Positions 52,822-64,000 of a stretch of DNA of 64,000 nt are shown piece by piece. The number at the start of each line of letters is the position of its first letter. Position 1 is the first letter of the stretch. The notes under the pieces are model-generated. The model saw only the letters and a list, made by a program, of their open reading frames with translations. It did no database searches and had not been told where the DNA came from. A program made the position numbers and the translations under genes. Source of the DNA: Octopus sinensis (lineage: Eukaryota); assembly GCF_006345805.1 (NCBI RefSeq), contig NC_043009.1, positions 50,406,001 to 50,470,000 on the forward strand. The letters are read 5' to 3'.

Positions 52822-53227
52822 GAGTGGCTGTGTGGTAAGTAGTCTTGCTTACCAACCCACATGGTACCCAGGGGGTTTCATCCCACTGGTTGGCAAACCT
52901 TGGGCCAGGGTCTTCTACAATAGCCTCGGGCCGACCAAAGCCTTGTGAGTGGATTTGGTAGATGGAAACTGAAGAAGCCCGTCGTATATATGTATAATAT
53001 ATGTGTGTGTATATGTTTTTGTGTGCTGTGTTTGTCCCCCAGCATTGCTTGACAACCGATGCTGGTGTGTTTTATGGCCCCTTCACTTAGCGGTTCGGCA
53101 AAAGAGACCGATAGATAAGTACTGGGCTTACAAAGAATAAGCCCGAGGTCGAGTTGCTCGACTAAAGCGGTGCCTCCAGCATGGCTGCAGTCAAATGACT
53201 GAATCAAGTAAAAGAGTAAAAGAGAGT
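52822..53227 (+). mobile_element. SINE family A, indel-rich
   Basis: Head to tail, with many 1-bp indels. Confidence 0.85.
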
Positions 53228-53342
53228 GTAAAAACAAAAGAGGGAAGCAAAGAAATGAGAAAAAGAATGATAAATGGTTAAATTGTACCATTTAACCATA
53301 CCCTTCTCCCAATAGTACAGTTAAATCAATGGTATTTTTACA

Positions 53343-53760
53343 AGGTGGCGAGCTGGCAGAAATTTTAGTGCGCTGGGTGAAATGCTTAGCGTATTTTCGT
53401 CTGTCGTTATGTTCTGAGTTCAAATTCCGCCGAGTCGACTTTACCTTCATCCTTTTGGGGTCAATAATTAAGTACCAGTTATGCACTGGGGTTTCAATGT
53501 AATCGACTTAATACCAATGTCTGTCCTTGTTTGTCCCCTCTATGTTTAGCCCCTTTTGGGTAATAAAGAAATAGGTATTTCGTCTGTCGTTACATTCTGA
53601 GTTCAAATTCCGCCAAGGTCGACTTTATCTTTCATCCTTTCGGGGTCAATAAATTAAGTACCAGTTATGCACTGGGGTCAATGTAATCGACTTAATACCA
53701 ATGTCTGTCCTTGTTTGTCCCCTCTATGTTTAGCCCCTTGCGGGTAATATAAAGGAATAG
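53343..53760 (+). mobile_element. SINE B1 with a tandem duplication of its 3' part
   Basis: Full copy 53343-53573, then a second copy starting at the internal GGTATTTCGTCTG; both share non-consensus variants. Confidence 0.85.
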
Positions 53761-54129
53761 GTATTTATGACTAAATGAAGATACCAATGAATAAATATAT
53801 TTCTTACATGGACAGGAATTCTAAGATGTGTAAAAGAGGGGAATAGCAAGCTGTAATGTTCATCATCAATTTTTCAAATACATTAACAAATGATGCAAAT
53901 ATGCAATGGCGCTGTTCCATCTTGGAATCAGAACCACGTCAAGGATTCATCATTTCCTTTTTCTTTCATAGGCAAACTACAACCATCTTATCCTTTCCTA
54001 CAATGTCAAACATACTCCCCTTGCCTTTTTCTTAAGTTGCTAAGACTTGATTTCAAGATGATCTGGTTGCTATTTCTAGCAAGTCAAATGACCATGTAGA
54101 GTCTCCTTCACTATGTTACCTCCATCGTT

Positions 54130-54312
54130 GACAAAAATGCTTAGCAGCATTTCTTCCAGCTCTTTATGCTCTAGGTTAAACTTCCACTATGGTCAGCTAT
54201 CCCTTTCATCTTTTTAGGGTTGATAAAATAAAGTACAAGTCGAAAACTAGGGTCAATGTAATCAACTTACTCCTCCCTTAAAATTACTGCCTTCCGCCAG
54301 AATTTGAAACCA
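54130..54312 (+). mobile_element. SINE family B2, decayed
   Basis: GACAAAAATGCTTAGCAGCATTTC...GGGTTGATAAAATAAAGTAC...AAAATTACTGCC. Confidence 0.65.
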
Positions 54313-54712
54313 TTTCAAAGGCTTTCGTTCTTATGAACTGATTTCATTTTTCCAAAATGCATCACCTACTGACCATATTTTTTTTAGCACTTTCCTTAGT
54401 TCTTCTATACAATACTGTGTCTCTTTGGAAATGTCTGTCTTTGTCACCACCCACCCACCCACTCACCCTTTTGAAATAGTAATTTGCAGCTATTCACATC
54501 ATTCATTAACAACACCAGCCTCACCTATCAATGCCAATTCTATAGTGTTCTAAAACCTAAAAATATCTCTGGGCACTGTCCCCACCCCCCACCACTCCTT
54601 AAAACAACAACATCCTAATTTAGTAATTACTGTACTATTGTCATGTATGTGTGTGTGGTTGTGGTGTGTTTGTGTGTGTGTGTGTGTATGTGTGTGTTGT
54701 GTGCGTGCGTGT

Positions 54713-54761
<49 letters not shown>

Positions 54762-55891
54762 AGTCAACCATTTATACAGATACACACATCCATAATAAAA
54801 CTCATGAAGAATTTGTTCTGTTTAATATTTCAGGCAATGATGAAACCTGCTATTTGAGGATATGAAATAAATAAATAAATAAAGAAAGAAAGAAAGAATG
54901 AAAGAAAGAAAGATAATTAATTTGTTTAATTATAAATATGAAGGAAGCGTAAGCATCTACAGAGTGAACATATACCCTTTTATATCTCCAGGATGATAAT
55001 CTATCTAAGGTAGAGATGAATAAAAAGTGAAAAAAAAAAGCTTTCCGTATCAGATTCGAACGCATGATCCGTGGACCAGATCAACAATCTAATAGTTTAC
55101 CCACACGACTATTTTTCTGCAACCCTGGATAATTTTACATGCGAAGTGGACGTTAAATCAGCAACAACTAAGTCAGCTTTGATTGTCTCCCTTGGCTCAA
55201 GCTAGGCAAGTTAGTTAGACGGACACACAGACACAGACAGGAGGAGGAAGAATCGACCATTTCTGGTAGAACAGATGGCATCGCAATGGAGTGAGAATTG
55301 CACCTGTCAGTTTAACACCTTCCGTGGTAGTCAGAAATGAATAGAATTACGAAAACCTCGCCTTACACTGTTAAAGAGGTGACGAAATGGGTGTTACAAC
55401 TTAAACCATTTGTATTTTATTTGTTACAGGAAAATTTAATGTTAAGAAAGAAGCATAGGATTAAAAATACAAATATAAGAAAGAATTAATTGCATAAAAA
55501 TTGTTAGAAGAACGGATTAAAAATAACACACCTAACATCAATGCTTATATTTCATAGAAAATGAAAAATTACGAAATATTTGTATTTAAAATAAAATGAT
55601 TTTCCACATGAGATTTTTCCCGAATCTAAATATCTAAATTAATTTTAAATACTTATAAATGACAATAACTGGAAAATGATAAAGAAAAGAGAGAAGGAAA
55701 TAGTGAGAAGTAGATAGACACAATGTGTTGCCTTGTAATCAGTTCTGGATCAGCCACGGCAGCTCCTCGCTAGACAAGATTAACTTCCCTTTAGTCATAA
55801 AATTCCCAGTTTCCTTATAAACAGGAATTGATTGATTGTTAGACTTTCTTAGCCCCTCTTCATTATTTTCTGCCAAAATGAATTTATATTC

Positions 55892-55928
<37 letters not shown>

Positions 55929-55995
55929 TCTCTCTCCCTCTTTCTCTCACACACATAACACATGTATCTGTGTGTATGTGCATGCACACACTACC

Positions 55996-56191
55996 TATTT
56001 CTTTATTACCCACAAGGGGCTATACATAGAGGGGACAAACAAGGACAGACATAGGTATTAAGTCGACTGCATCGACCCCGAAAGGATGAAAGGCAAAGTC
56101 GACCTCAGCGGAATTTGAACTCACAACGTAACGGCAGCCGAAATACCGCTAAGCATTTCGCCCGACGTGCTAACGATTCTGCTAGCTCGCC
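55996..56191 (-). mobile_element. SINE B1 with internal deletion
   Basis: 16-bp TSD GCATGCACACACTACC (55980-55995, 56192-56207). Confidence 0.9.
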
Positions 56192-56280
56192 GCATGCACA
56201 CACTACCACACACACACACACACCACACATATATATATGAGTGGGAGCTGAAGTGATCCTAGCTTTAAAGGTATCATGAA

Positions 56281-56460
56281 AGGTCTGGTTGGAGGCCCAA
56301 CCTTCCAAGTTCTTTTAAAGGGCTTAGAAAAATTGAGGGACCGCTGCAAAAAGTGCATGAATCTGAGACGGGGATATGTTTAAAAAAAAAATCATAATTA
56401 AATGATCTTCCTGAATTTTTCTTTTACCCAGAGCCCAGAACTGTTCAGCATGCCCTCATG
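56281..56460 (+). pseudogene. mariner transposon 3' remnant (transposase C-terminus and right TIR)
   Basis: WLEAQPSKFF / KGLEKLRDRCKKCMNLRRGYV* resembles the mariner C-terminus (GIxKLxxRWxKCIxxxGDYVE); ACTGTTCAGCATGCCCTCATG resembles a decayed TACGAGGG-type TIR. Confidence 0.6.
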
Positions 56461-56514
56461 TGTGTGTGTGTGCATGTGTAAATAGTTAGAGTGTGAGTGA
56501 GAGAAAGAGAGAGA

Positions 56515-56601
56515 GAGAAATAGATAGATAGATAGACAGACAGACAGCTAGATGGATGGCTAGATGGCTAGCTAGCTAGCTAGATAGATAGATAGATAGA
56601 C

Positions 56602-56639
<38 letters not shown>

Positions 56640-56649
56640 ATAGATAGAC

Positions 56650-56703
<54 letters not shown>

Positions 56704-56719
56704 GTAGGTAGGTAGGTAG

Positions 56720-56750
<31 letters not shown>

Positions 56751-56860
56751 GGTAGATAGATAAATAGATAGATAGATAGATAGATTGATAGATAGATAGA
56801 TAGATTGATAGATAGATAAATAGATAGATAGATAGATAAACAGAGAGACAGACAGGTAGA
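56515..56860. repeat. (GATA)n array with GACA/GGTA/GCTA variants
   Basis: Directly visible. Confidence 0.95.
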
Positions 56861-57048
56861 TATGTGTGTCTGTGTTTGAGAACTGATGCTGGTTTGTTTG
56901 CTTCCCCATAAAATAATGGTTCAATAAAAGAAAATAATAGAATAATTACTGTTGGGGGTGGGGTCAATGTGTTCAACAAAACCCTTCAAGGCTGTACCTC
57001 AGCATGACTGGAGTCTGTGACTAAAACAAGATAATACATACATATATA

Positions 57049-57465
57049 CATAGGCACAGGAGTGGCTGGGTGGTAAGTAGCTTGCTTACGAACCATATGG
57101 TTCCGGGTTCAGTCCCACTGCGTGGCACCTTGGGCAAGTGTCTTCTACTATAGCCTCGGGCCAACCAAAGCCTTGTGAGTGGATTTGGTAGACGGAAACT
57201 GAAAGAAGCCCATCGTATATATGTATATATAAATATATATGTGTGTGTGTGTGCATTTGTTTGTGTGTCTGTGTTTGTCCTCTAGCATTGCTTGACAACC
57301 GATGCTGGTGTGTTTATGTCCCCCACACTTAGCGGTTCGGCAAAAGAGACCGATAGAATAAGTACTGGGCTTACAAGAATAAGTCCCGGGGTCGAGTTGC
57401 TCGATTTAAGGTGGTGCTCCAGCATGGCCGCAGTCAAATGACTGAAACAAGTAAAAGAGTAAAGA

Positions 57466-57470
<5 letters not shown>
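57049..57470 (+). mobile_element. SINE family A
   Basis: Head to tail. Confidence 0.9.
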
Positions 57471-57510
<40 letters not shown>

Positions 57511-57918
57511 TGTATAATATATATTGTATATTGGATTTATTAACAGGCTGTGTGATAAGAAGCTTGGGTTCAATCTCAGTGTGTGGCATATGGGTCAAAA
57601 ACAATGGTTGGCAACAGGAAGGGCATCCAGCTGTTGAGTACTACCACAATAACTCTTGTCCAAAGAATGCCAATATGGAAATAATAGATGTAAAAGTGAT
57701 GACGACTTATAACAACATTAATGATATAAAGTTAACTAGCAGAATTGTCAGAGCATTAGAAAGACTACCTCACAGTATTTGTTCCAGCTCTCTGTACATT
57801 GAGTTCAAATCCTGCTGAGGTTAACTTTGCCATTCATACCTCCAGGGTCAATAATTGAAGTATCATTCTATAACAGTGGATTGGCAGAATTGTTAAAGCA
57901 CTAGACAACATGAATATA

Positions 57919-58171
57919 CGGCACGTTAAAAGCACCAACTGATCGTGGCCGCTGCCAGACTCCCCTGGCACCTGTGCCGGTGGCACATAAAAAGCACCCA
58001 CTACACTTGCGGAGTGGTTGGCGTTAGGAAGGGCATCCAGCTGTAGAAACACTGCCAGATCAGACTGGAGCCTGGTGCAGCCCCTGGCTTCCCAGACCCC
58101 GGTCGAACTGTCCAACCCGTGCTAGCGTGGAAAACGGACATTAAACGATGATGATGATGATGATGATGATG
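57919..58171 (+). mobile_element. Family D, young copy
   Basis: Two units, core and (GAT)n; preceded by B2 remnants at about 57735-57910. Confidence 0.85.
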
Positions 58172-59374
58172 AAGGCTGGCCTCACTTTCTGCCAGTTCAA
58201 GCCTGTGAGGGAATGCAAAGATCATCAGTATTTTTTATTTCTGGCTCCTATTAACTAATGCAGGAAAAAAAAAAGTTTCATGTTGGACAAATTGCTTTTT
58301 AGTATCCATTTTCTAACCTCTTATTCCAAAGTTTAAACCCCATTAGTGTAATATTTTGTCTTCAACCTTCCCCTCTTTATTAAATAATTACTAATTATTA
58401 AATAAGTCCCAGCTGTATTTTAGAATTGATTGGTATGTTTCCACCCAATGTTTCTGGGTGGGCTTATTTTGAATCTAGTCAAAAGAATAACCCCTACACA
58501 CACCGTTAAGGTGTATGTAAATGTTATAAAGTAGGTCAACTGGAACCGTTAGATTTTGTCTGTTGAATTGAGGTCATTAATAATACTTGAAATCAGTCTG
58601 CTACTTTTATCTATAGATTTATACATAATTAAGAAAACCTTATTGTTCAGTGTCCATGAGGTAGGTAAACTTCTTCAAGCGAATAAAATAGTAAACCATC
58701 CAGATCGTTTTACGGTGGTTTGTAGAATTGTTTGAAAACCTGTTATGAGTGAAAACATTCCTGAAGAGAGAAATATATTTGCTACCCACTTGAAGGTTCC
58801 CAAAATTGTTATTTTTTACAGTGTTGTGTCGCCCACTATTAAACCCAACTCAGTTCTTCCCAACACAGTACATCCATTCAATGTGTCTGATATTTTGAAG
58901 TTGTAGTATGTGATTTGAGGGAGATCTGACTCTTAATTCTAGCAGATCAACTTGCCTTACATAGAGGTTCCTTCATTCGTTCAACATTTTGAGTAGTGGA
59001 GTAGTGGATAGATTCACTGGGTGAAAAGTGTACAGCCCAGTCAAAAGCATTCTTCCTACCTTAACCACCCCAAATATTGGGGAATTAATTTACTTTACAG
59101 TCTAATATAGAGCAGAAATTGTTAGGGGCTTGAATAAATTTGCAGTACTTCTTTCAACTCTAACATTTTAAATTCATATTCTACTGAGATCAACTAGGCC
59201 CTTCATTCCTTTGGCCTCAATAAAATATAGTACAACAAAAGAAAATAAAGTATTGGAAATCAATAGTATTGACTAACCCCTCTTCACAAAAAAAACCAAC
59301 CTCGCACCTACATCAGAAATTATTATTATTATTATTGTTGTTGTTGTTGTTGTTGTTGTTGCTGTTGTTGTTGT

Positions 59375-59572
59375 TGAAGGTGGCCAGCTGGCAGAATAGT
59401 TAGCATGCCAGGCAAAATGTCTAGCAGCATTTCGTCCATCTTTACATTCTGAGTTCAAATTCTGCTGGGGTCAACTTTGCCTTTCATGCTTTTGGGGTCG
59501 ATGAAATAAGTACCAGTTTAACACTGGGGTCGAGGTAATCAACTCATCCCCTCCCCCAGAATTGCTAATTAT
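59375..59572 (+). mobile_element. SINE family B2 (further decayed copies at about 59100-59280 and 59580-59720)
   Basis: GGTGGCCAGCTGGCAGAATAGTTAGC...GAGTTCAAATTC...GGGGTCGATGAAATAAGTACCAG. Confidence 0.8.
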
Positions 59573-59925
59573 TTTTGAAGATGGCATATGGCAGAATCAT
59601 TACAGGGTTTGACAAAATGCATTGCAGTCTTTGTTCTGGCTCTTTGTGTTCCGGATTCAAAGTTTACTGAGGCAACTTTCATCCCTCCATGGTCACTTTA
59701 TAAGTACCACTCAAATATTAGGGTTGTAATTATCTAAACCGGTGGTTCTCAGTCATTTTTTTTTTTTTACCTATGGACCCTGTTGATTCCTATATTACTC
59801 AGATGGACCCCATAGCCATTTGATCTTAAAAAAAATCCTACTGTACTTTTCTAATTAAATATTAGGAATTGCATAAAAAAAATTGTTAGATTATTTTATG
59901 TATTGTAGAAGTATAAACATAAGCT

Positions 59926-60517
59926 TTTACCCTTCAGTGTTCAGATTACTGTCAAATGTAATGTTTTATATATTCTTGCTAACCAACCACATGGTTCCGG
60001 GTTCAGTCCCACTGCGTGGCATCTTGGGCAAGTGTCTTCTGCTATAGCCTCGGGCTGACCAAAGCCTTGTGAGTGGATTTAGTAGACGGAAACTGAAAGA
60101 AGCCTGTCGTATATATGTACATATATATATGTATGTGTGTCTGTGTTTGTCCCTCTAGCATTGCTTGACAACCAATGCTGGTGTGTTTACGTCCCCGTCA
60201 CTTAGCGGTTCGGCAAAAGAGCCCGATAGAATAAATACTAGGCTTACAAAGAATAAGTCCCGGGGTTGATTTGCTCGACTAAAGGCGGTGCTCCAGCACT
60301 GCCACAGTCAAATGACTGAAACAAGTAAAAGAGAGAAAAGAGAGTATTATTTTGAATTACTTTTGCATTGTCCCATAGCTTTGACATTTCAATATGATTG
60401 TCTATTTTTAGAATGAGATTGTAAGATAGATATGAGAGGCTGGAAATGGTCAGTTTGGATATGAAACAAGAAGAATATTTGGGCTGGATATGGCTGGTTT
60501 AAATGCTAAAGGGTTAA
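59926..60517. mobile_element. piggyBac-type MITE (reverse of 33995-34221) interrupted by a family A SINE
   Basis: TTTA-CCCTTCAG...CTAAAGGG-TTAA; both halves align by eye to the reverse complement of 33995-34221. Confidence 0.7.
59975..60346 (+). mobile_element. SINE family A, 5'-truncated, nested
   Basis: Starts at CTTGCTAACCAACC and ends with the (GAAAAGAGA) tail. Confidence 0.9.
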
Positions 60518-60910
60518 CACCAAAATCTTAAATATGGACCCTGGTTGAGAACCACCAGTCTAAAATATAACCCTAAAATTGCCTTCCTTATACCTAAATT
60601 GCATAATTATTATCCTCATCATCCTTCACAAACCTCTGCAGTCTAATTGGCCAGTTCTTTTCCCTAGGCAGCATAGTGCTAAATGTGACACAAGTTCCCC
60701 TGGATGGATCACTTGTCTATATGACAGAATTGTCTTCAAAGAATCAAAGTTTTCTCTGGGGACCAGATGGTTAAAATACTGATCTGGCCTGTGAGTTCAT
60801 ATCAACTGCAGTCATTTCAGAGTACTTGTAAGTAAAATCAAATTCTAGTACACCTAAGCTTGAGTAGTAGTAATAGTAGTGGTGGTGGTGGTGGTGGTGG
60901 TGGTGGTAGT

Positions 60911-60945
<35 letters not shown>

Positions 60946-61363
60946 TCAGGAGTAGCAGCAACAGCAGTAGATAACTATGTTGTTTTTGCACCTGGGCAGT
61001 CTTGATTGATCAGTCTTATGATCAAAGTTATTCTAGACACAAACATTCTCTCTTTATTCCGAAAATTTATCGAGGACTATATCATTATTCAATGTATCTG
61101 CCCAATTTGTTGTTATTGTTGCTTTCTTTTTTTTCTTTTATATTTCAATGACAGGATGTGCATGTGATTGTAGAGACATTTAGCTGTTATTTCTAGCAAG
61201 CCCAAGTGGCCGCATATAGAGTCTCCCTCATTGACTCAACGTAAGTTGTAGTAAAATACCATATCTGGGGAAATATTATTTGACCAACAAATGATTCAGC
61301 ACTCATCAATTTAACAATTCTAAATTTGGAACTAAACCATGTATTTGAGCTTGACAAAGAGTT

Positions 61364-61401
<38 letters not shown>

Positions 61402-61824
61402 GAGAGGGGTGGAGAGTGAAAAAAAGAGGTACTGAATATTTTGTTGTTCAGTGATAAACATTATACACATTTTTGACCAGTTCTTTTCATCGTCTTTCAT
61501 CACCCCCTCAAATCGCATTCCTCAATTATTTCACCACTTAAAATATGAACAGTCTAATCAAGCCTTAACTCCACCTTTTTTTTAGTGTGTGTGTGTGTGT
61601 GTTCTCAAATGTACAGATAGACAGGCAGACAAAACATGTGTGTGGTGAGAGTGGGTTCATCCATATTCTACAAGCAAACACACAAATACACACAAATACA
61701 AATACAAAGTAATATTCCCTTTAGTTTATTCTTCTGCAATATTTTCACATTCTAGTTAGACATATAAATAATAATATATAATCATACATACATACATAAC
61801 ATAAGTGTGTACATACATAAATTG

Positions 61825-61857
<33 letters not shown>

Positions 61858-62227
61858 GAGACAGAGAAATGTATGTATACTTTATATAGGAATTTATCTA
61901 CAATTTGCTTTTGGGAGAAAGAATATGGATGATTGAAAGAAAGAAAGAAAATGGGAAGAAAGGAATGAAGAGGGGAAAATGAGAGAGAGAGAAGAAAAGA
62001 AAGAAGAGAATCACTGCACGAAAGAATGAAAACAAAATGATTAAAAAATAGAAGTGAAAACAATAACAAAAGCTTCAAGTTAGCAGGATATTAAATAACT
62101 CCAGTAAAACACAAGTGTTGGAATTCTTGCAAGACATTTCTAACATAACAAGCTTAATGGAAAATAAAGAGTCACCAAGGAAAAAAGCCTGTTGGTGGGC
62201 TGAAAGGAAAGAGGGAGGGCCGAACGA

Positions 62228-62267
62228 GGGGTGGGGTGGGAGGGAGATGATTGGGGTGGGGTGGGGG
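62228..62267 (+). other. Putative G-quadruplex motif
   Basis: GGGGTGGGGTGGGAGGG followed by GGGGTGGGGTGGGGG: seven G-tracts, mostly with 1-nt loops. Confidence 0.5.
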
Positions 62268-62361
62268 CGGAATGGAAATGTATACAGAAGAAAGTAGCTT
62301 TCTCATGTTGTAGTTATTATAGAGTAATGTTCTGCTTCCTGTCTTTTTACCGAGAGTTAAG

Positions 62362-62364
<3 letters not shown>

Positions 62365-62407
<43 letters not shown>

Positions 62408-62456
62408 CTATGTGTAAGTGTGTGTTTGTATGTATTTATGAGAGAGAGACAAAGAC

Positions 62457-62490
<34 letters not shown>

Positions 62491-62616
62491 CCTATGTAAG
62501 TGTGTGTTTGTATGTGTTTATGAGAGAGAGAGAGAGACAAAGACAGAGAGAGAGAGAGAGAGGGAGAGAGTCTGTGTGTAAGTGTGTGTTTGTATGTGTT
62601 TATGAGAGAGAGACAA

Positions 62617-62655
<39 letters not shown>

Positions 62656-62770
62656 AAGTCTGTGTAAGTGTGTGTTTGTATGTGTTTATGAGAGAGAGAG
62701 AGACAAAGACAGAGAGAGAGGGAGAGAGTCTATGTGTAAGTGTGTGTTTGTATGTGTTTATGAGAGAGGG
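62365..62770. repeat. Minisatellite, about 5 units of roughly 70-90 bp
   Basis: Unit GGAGAGAGTCT(A)TGTGTAAGTGTGTGTTTGTATGTGTTTATGAGAGAGAGACAAAGAC(AG)n, starting near 62400, 62482, 62562, 62651 and 62721. Confidence 0.9.
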
Positions 62771-63370
62771 GATAAGAGAAAACACTATGAGTTAGTGGTT
62801 TTCTCTTAGGAACCCCATCCACTTGCCAAACAAGTGCAACTCTGAAAAACAATTACATTTTAGCTATTGCAAGCAAAGTCTCCTGACAAAAGTACTCCTC
62901 CAATTCTTTTCAGTATCTCAGGTGTTGGTGAAGGATATTTTGTCATCAGGTGGTTACTATGATACTAATGGCATTAATTTACCTGTAACCAAGTTTTTAG
63001 AATTATAACACAGCTACTATACTACTATAACTATCAGTCTTTATAGCTTACAAATGGTACCATTAATGAATTTATTTTTTTTTAATCTTCTTGAGTGATT
63101 TGGGAACACTTTGCTTTCTTGGTATGTTGTAAGCCCTCCTGGAGATTAAGTCGTTTAGCTTAGTAATTTAAGAGCTGTACATATGAGAAAGAAATATAGA
63201 ATTTACTGCAGAATAAAAGGGTGAAGAAGAGATGCACTACAAGGGTGACAGGAATGGAACAGACATGATGGAACAAGATAAGAGCAGATGCTTTCAACTG
63301 AAAGATAGTCTGAGCACAGAAGGATAACACTAGAACTGTGAATTGAAGGATTTCTAAAGATTTCTCCACA

Positions 63371-63770
63371 AGGAGTGGCTGTGTGGTAAAAAGCTTGCTT
63401 ACCAACCACATGGTTCCGGGTTCAGTCCCACTGCATGGCACCTTGGGCAAGTGACTTCTACTATAGCCTCGGGCCGACCAAAGCCTTGTGAGTGGATTTG
63501 GTAGATGGAAACTGAAAGAAGCCCGTCGTATATATGTATATATATATGCATGTGTATGTTTGTGTGTCTGTGTTTGTCCCCTTAGCATTGCTTGACAACC
63601 GATGCTGTGGGTTTATGTCCCCGTTACTTAGCGGTTCGGCAAAAGAGACCGATAGAATAAGTACTGGGCTGACAAAGAATAATTCCCGGGGTCGATTTGC
63701 TCGACTAAAGGCGGTGCTCCAGCATGGTCGCAGTCAAATGACTGAAACAAGTAAAAGAGAGTAAAGAGTA
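63371..63770 (+). mobile_element. SINE family A
   Basis: Head to tail. Confidence 0.9.
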
Positions 63771-64000
63771 AGTCAACCCAGGAATACAAAGTATCTGGTC
63801 TAAAATGAAGACTTGGTTTTTGTCTTTGAAAAGGAACACACAAAGAAAGAAAAATGACTGAAATGGTAGACGTCATTGTAATTAAACTTCAACAACGTAG
63901 TCTTGATTCTAAGGTGGCTAAAATTTTTAATGATGATCGTGCATTAATTATTTGTGTAGTGCTTATTCTATTTTAAGTAATTTTACTTCTTCAGCCGCTT

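Larger units (their letters stand above)
59740..60557. mobile_element. hAT-type MITE hosting two nested insertions
   Basis: TIR CGGTGGTTCTCAGTC / GGTTGAGAACCACCA; flanks ATCTAAAC (59732-59739) and GTCTAAAA (60558-60565), 6/8 match, nnnTAnnn. Confidence 0.7.

Noticed and set aside
55044-55109. tRNA-like sequence on the minus strand (GTTCGAATC T-loop)
   Set aside because: D and anticodon arms do not fold convincingly; at best a decayed tRNA or SINE head.

Overview
Eukaryotic, AT-rich, extremely repeat-dense non-coding DNA. The repeat repertoire looks like that of a coleoid cephalopod, probably Octopus; this is an inference from the repeats only. I could not recognise any cellular protein-coding gene, and almost every ORF in the supplied track is a microsatellite or an antisense read-through of a SINE. 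Retroposons: about 18 copies of a tRNA-headed CORE-like SINE (family A), about 20 copies of a second tRNA-headed SINE (family B, young B1 and older B2), 5'-truncated 3' ends of an RTE-clade LINE with a (GAT)n tail (family D), a decayed Penelope-like RT and an L1/Tx1-like ORF2 end. DNA elements: hAT-type MITEs with 8-bp TSDs, TTAA piggyBac-type MITEs, an intact non-autonomous Helitron, a Helentron-like element and a mariner remnant. Large compound microsatellites fill much of the rest. Family letters are my own labels and most boundaries are by eye (+/- about 10 bp). I cannot establish a new biological system here. The best leads are a 400-bp fold-back element with hAT-like ends that carries a duplicated SINE tail (9179-9588), a recurrent GGTA at the start of family-B target sites, modular repeats in the RTE 3' UTR, several closely spaced inverted repeats that could be ADAR substrates, and a few unverified candidate exons.
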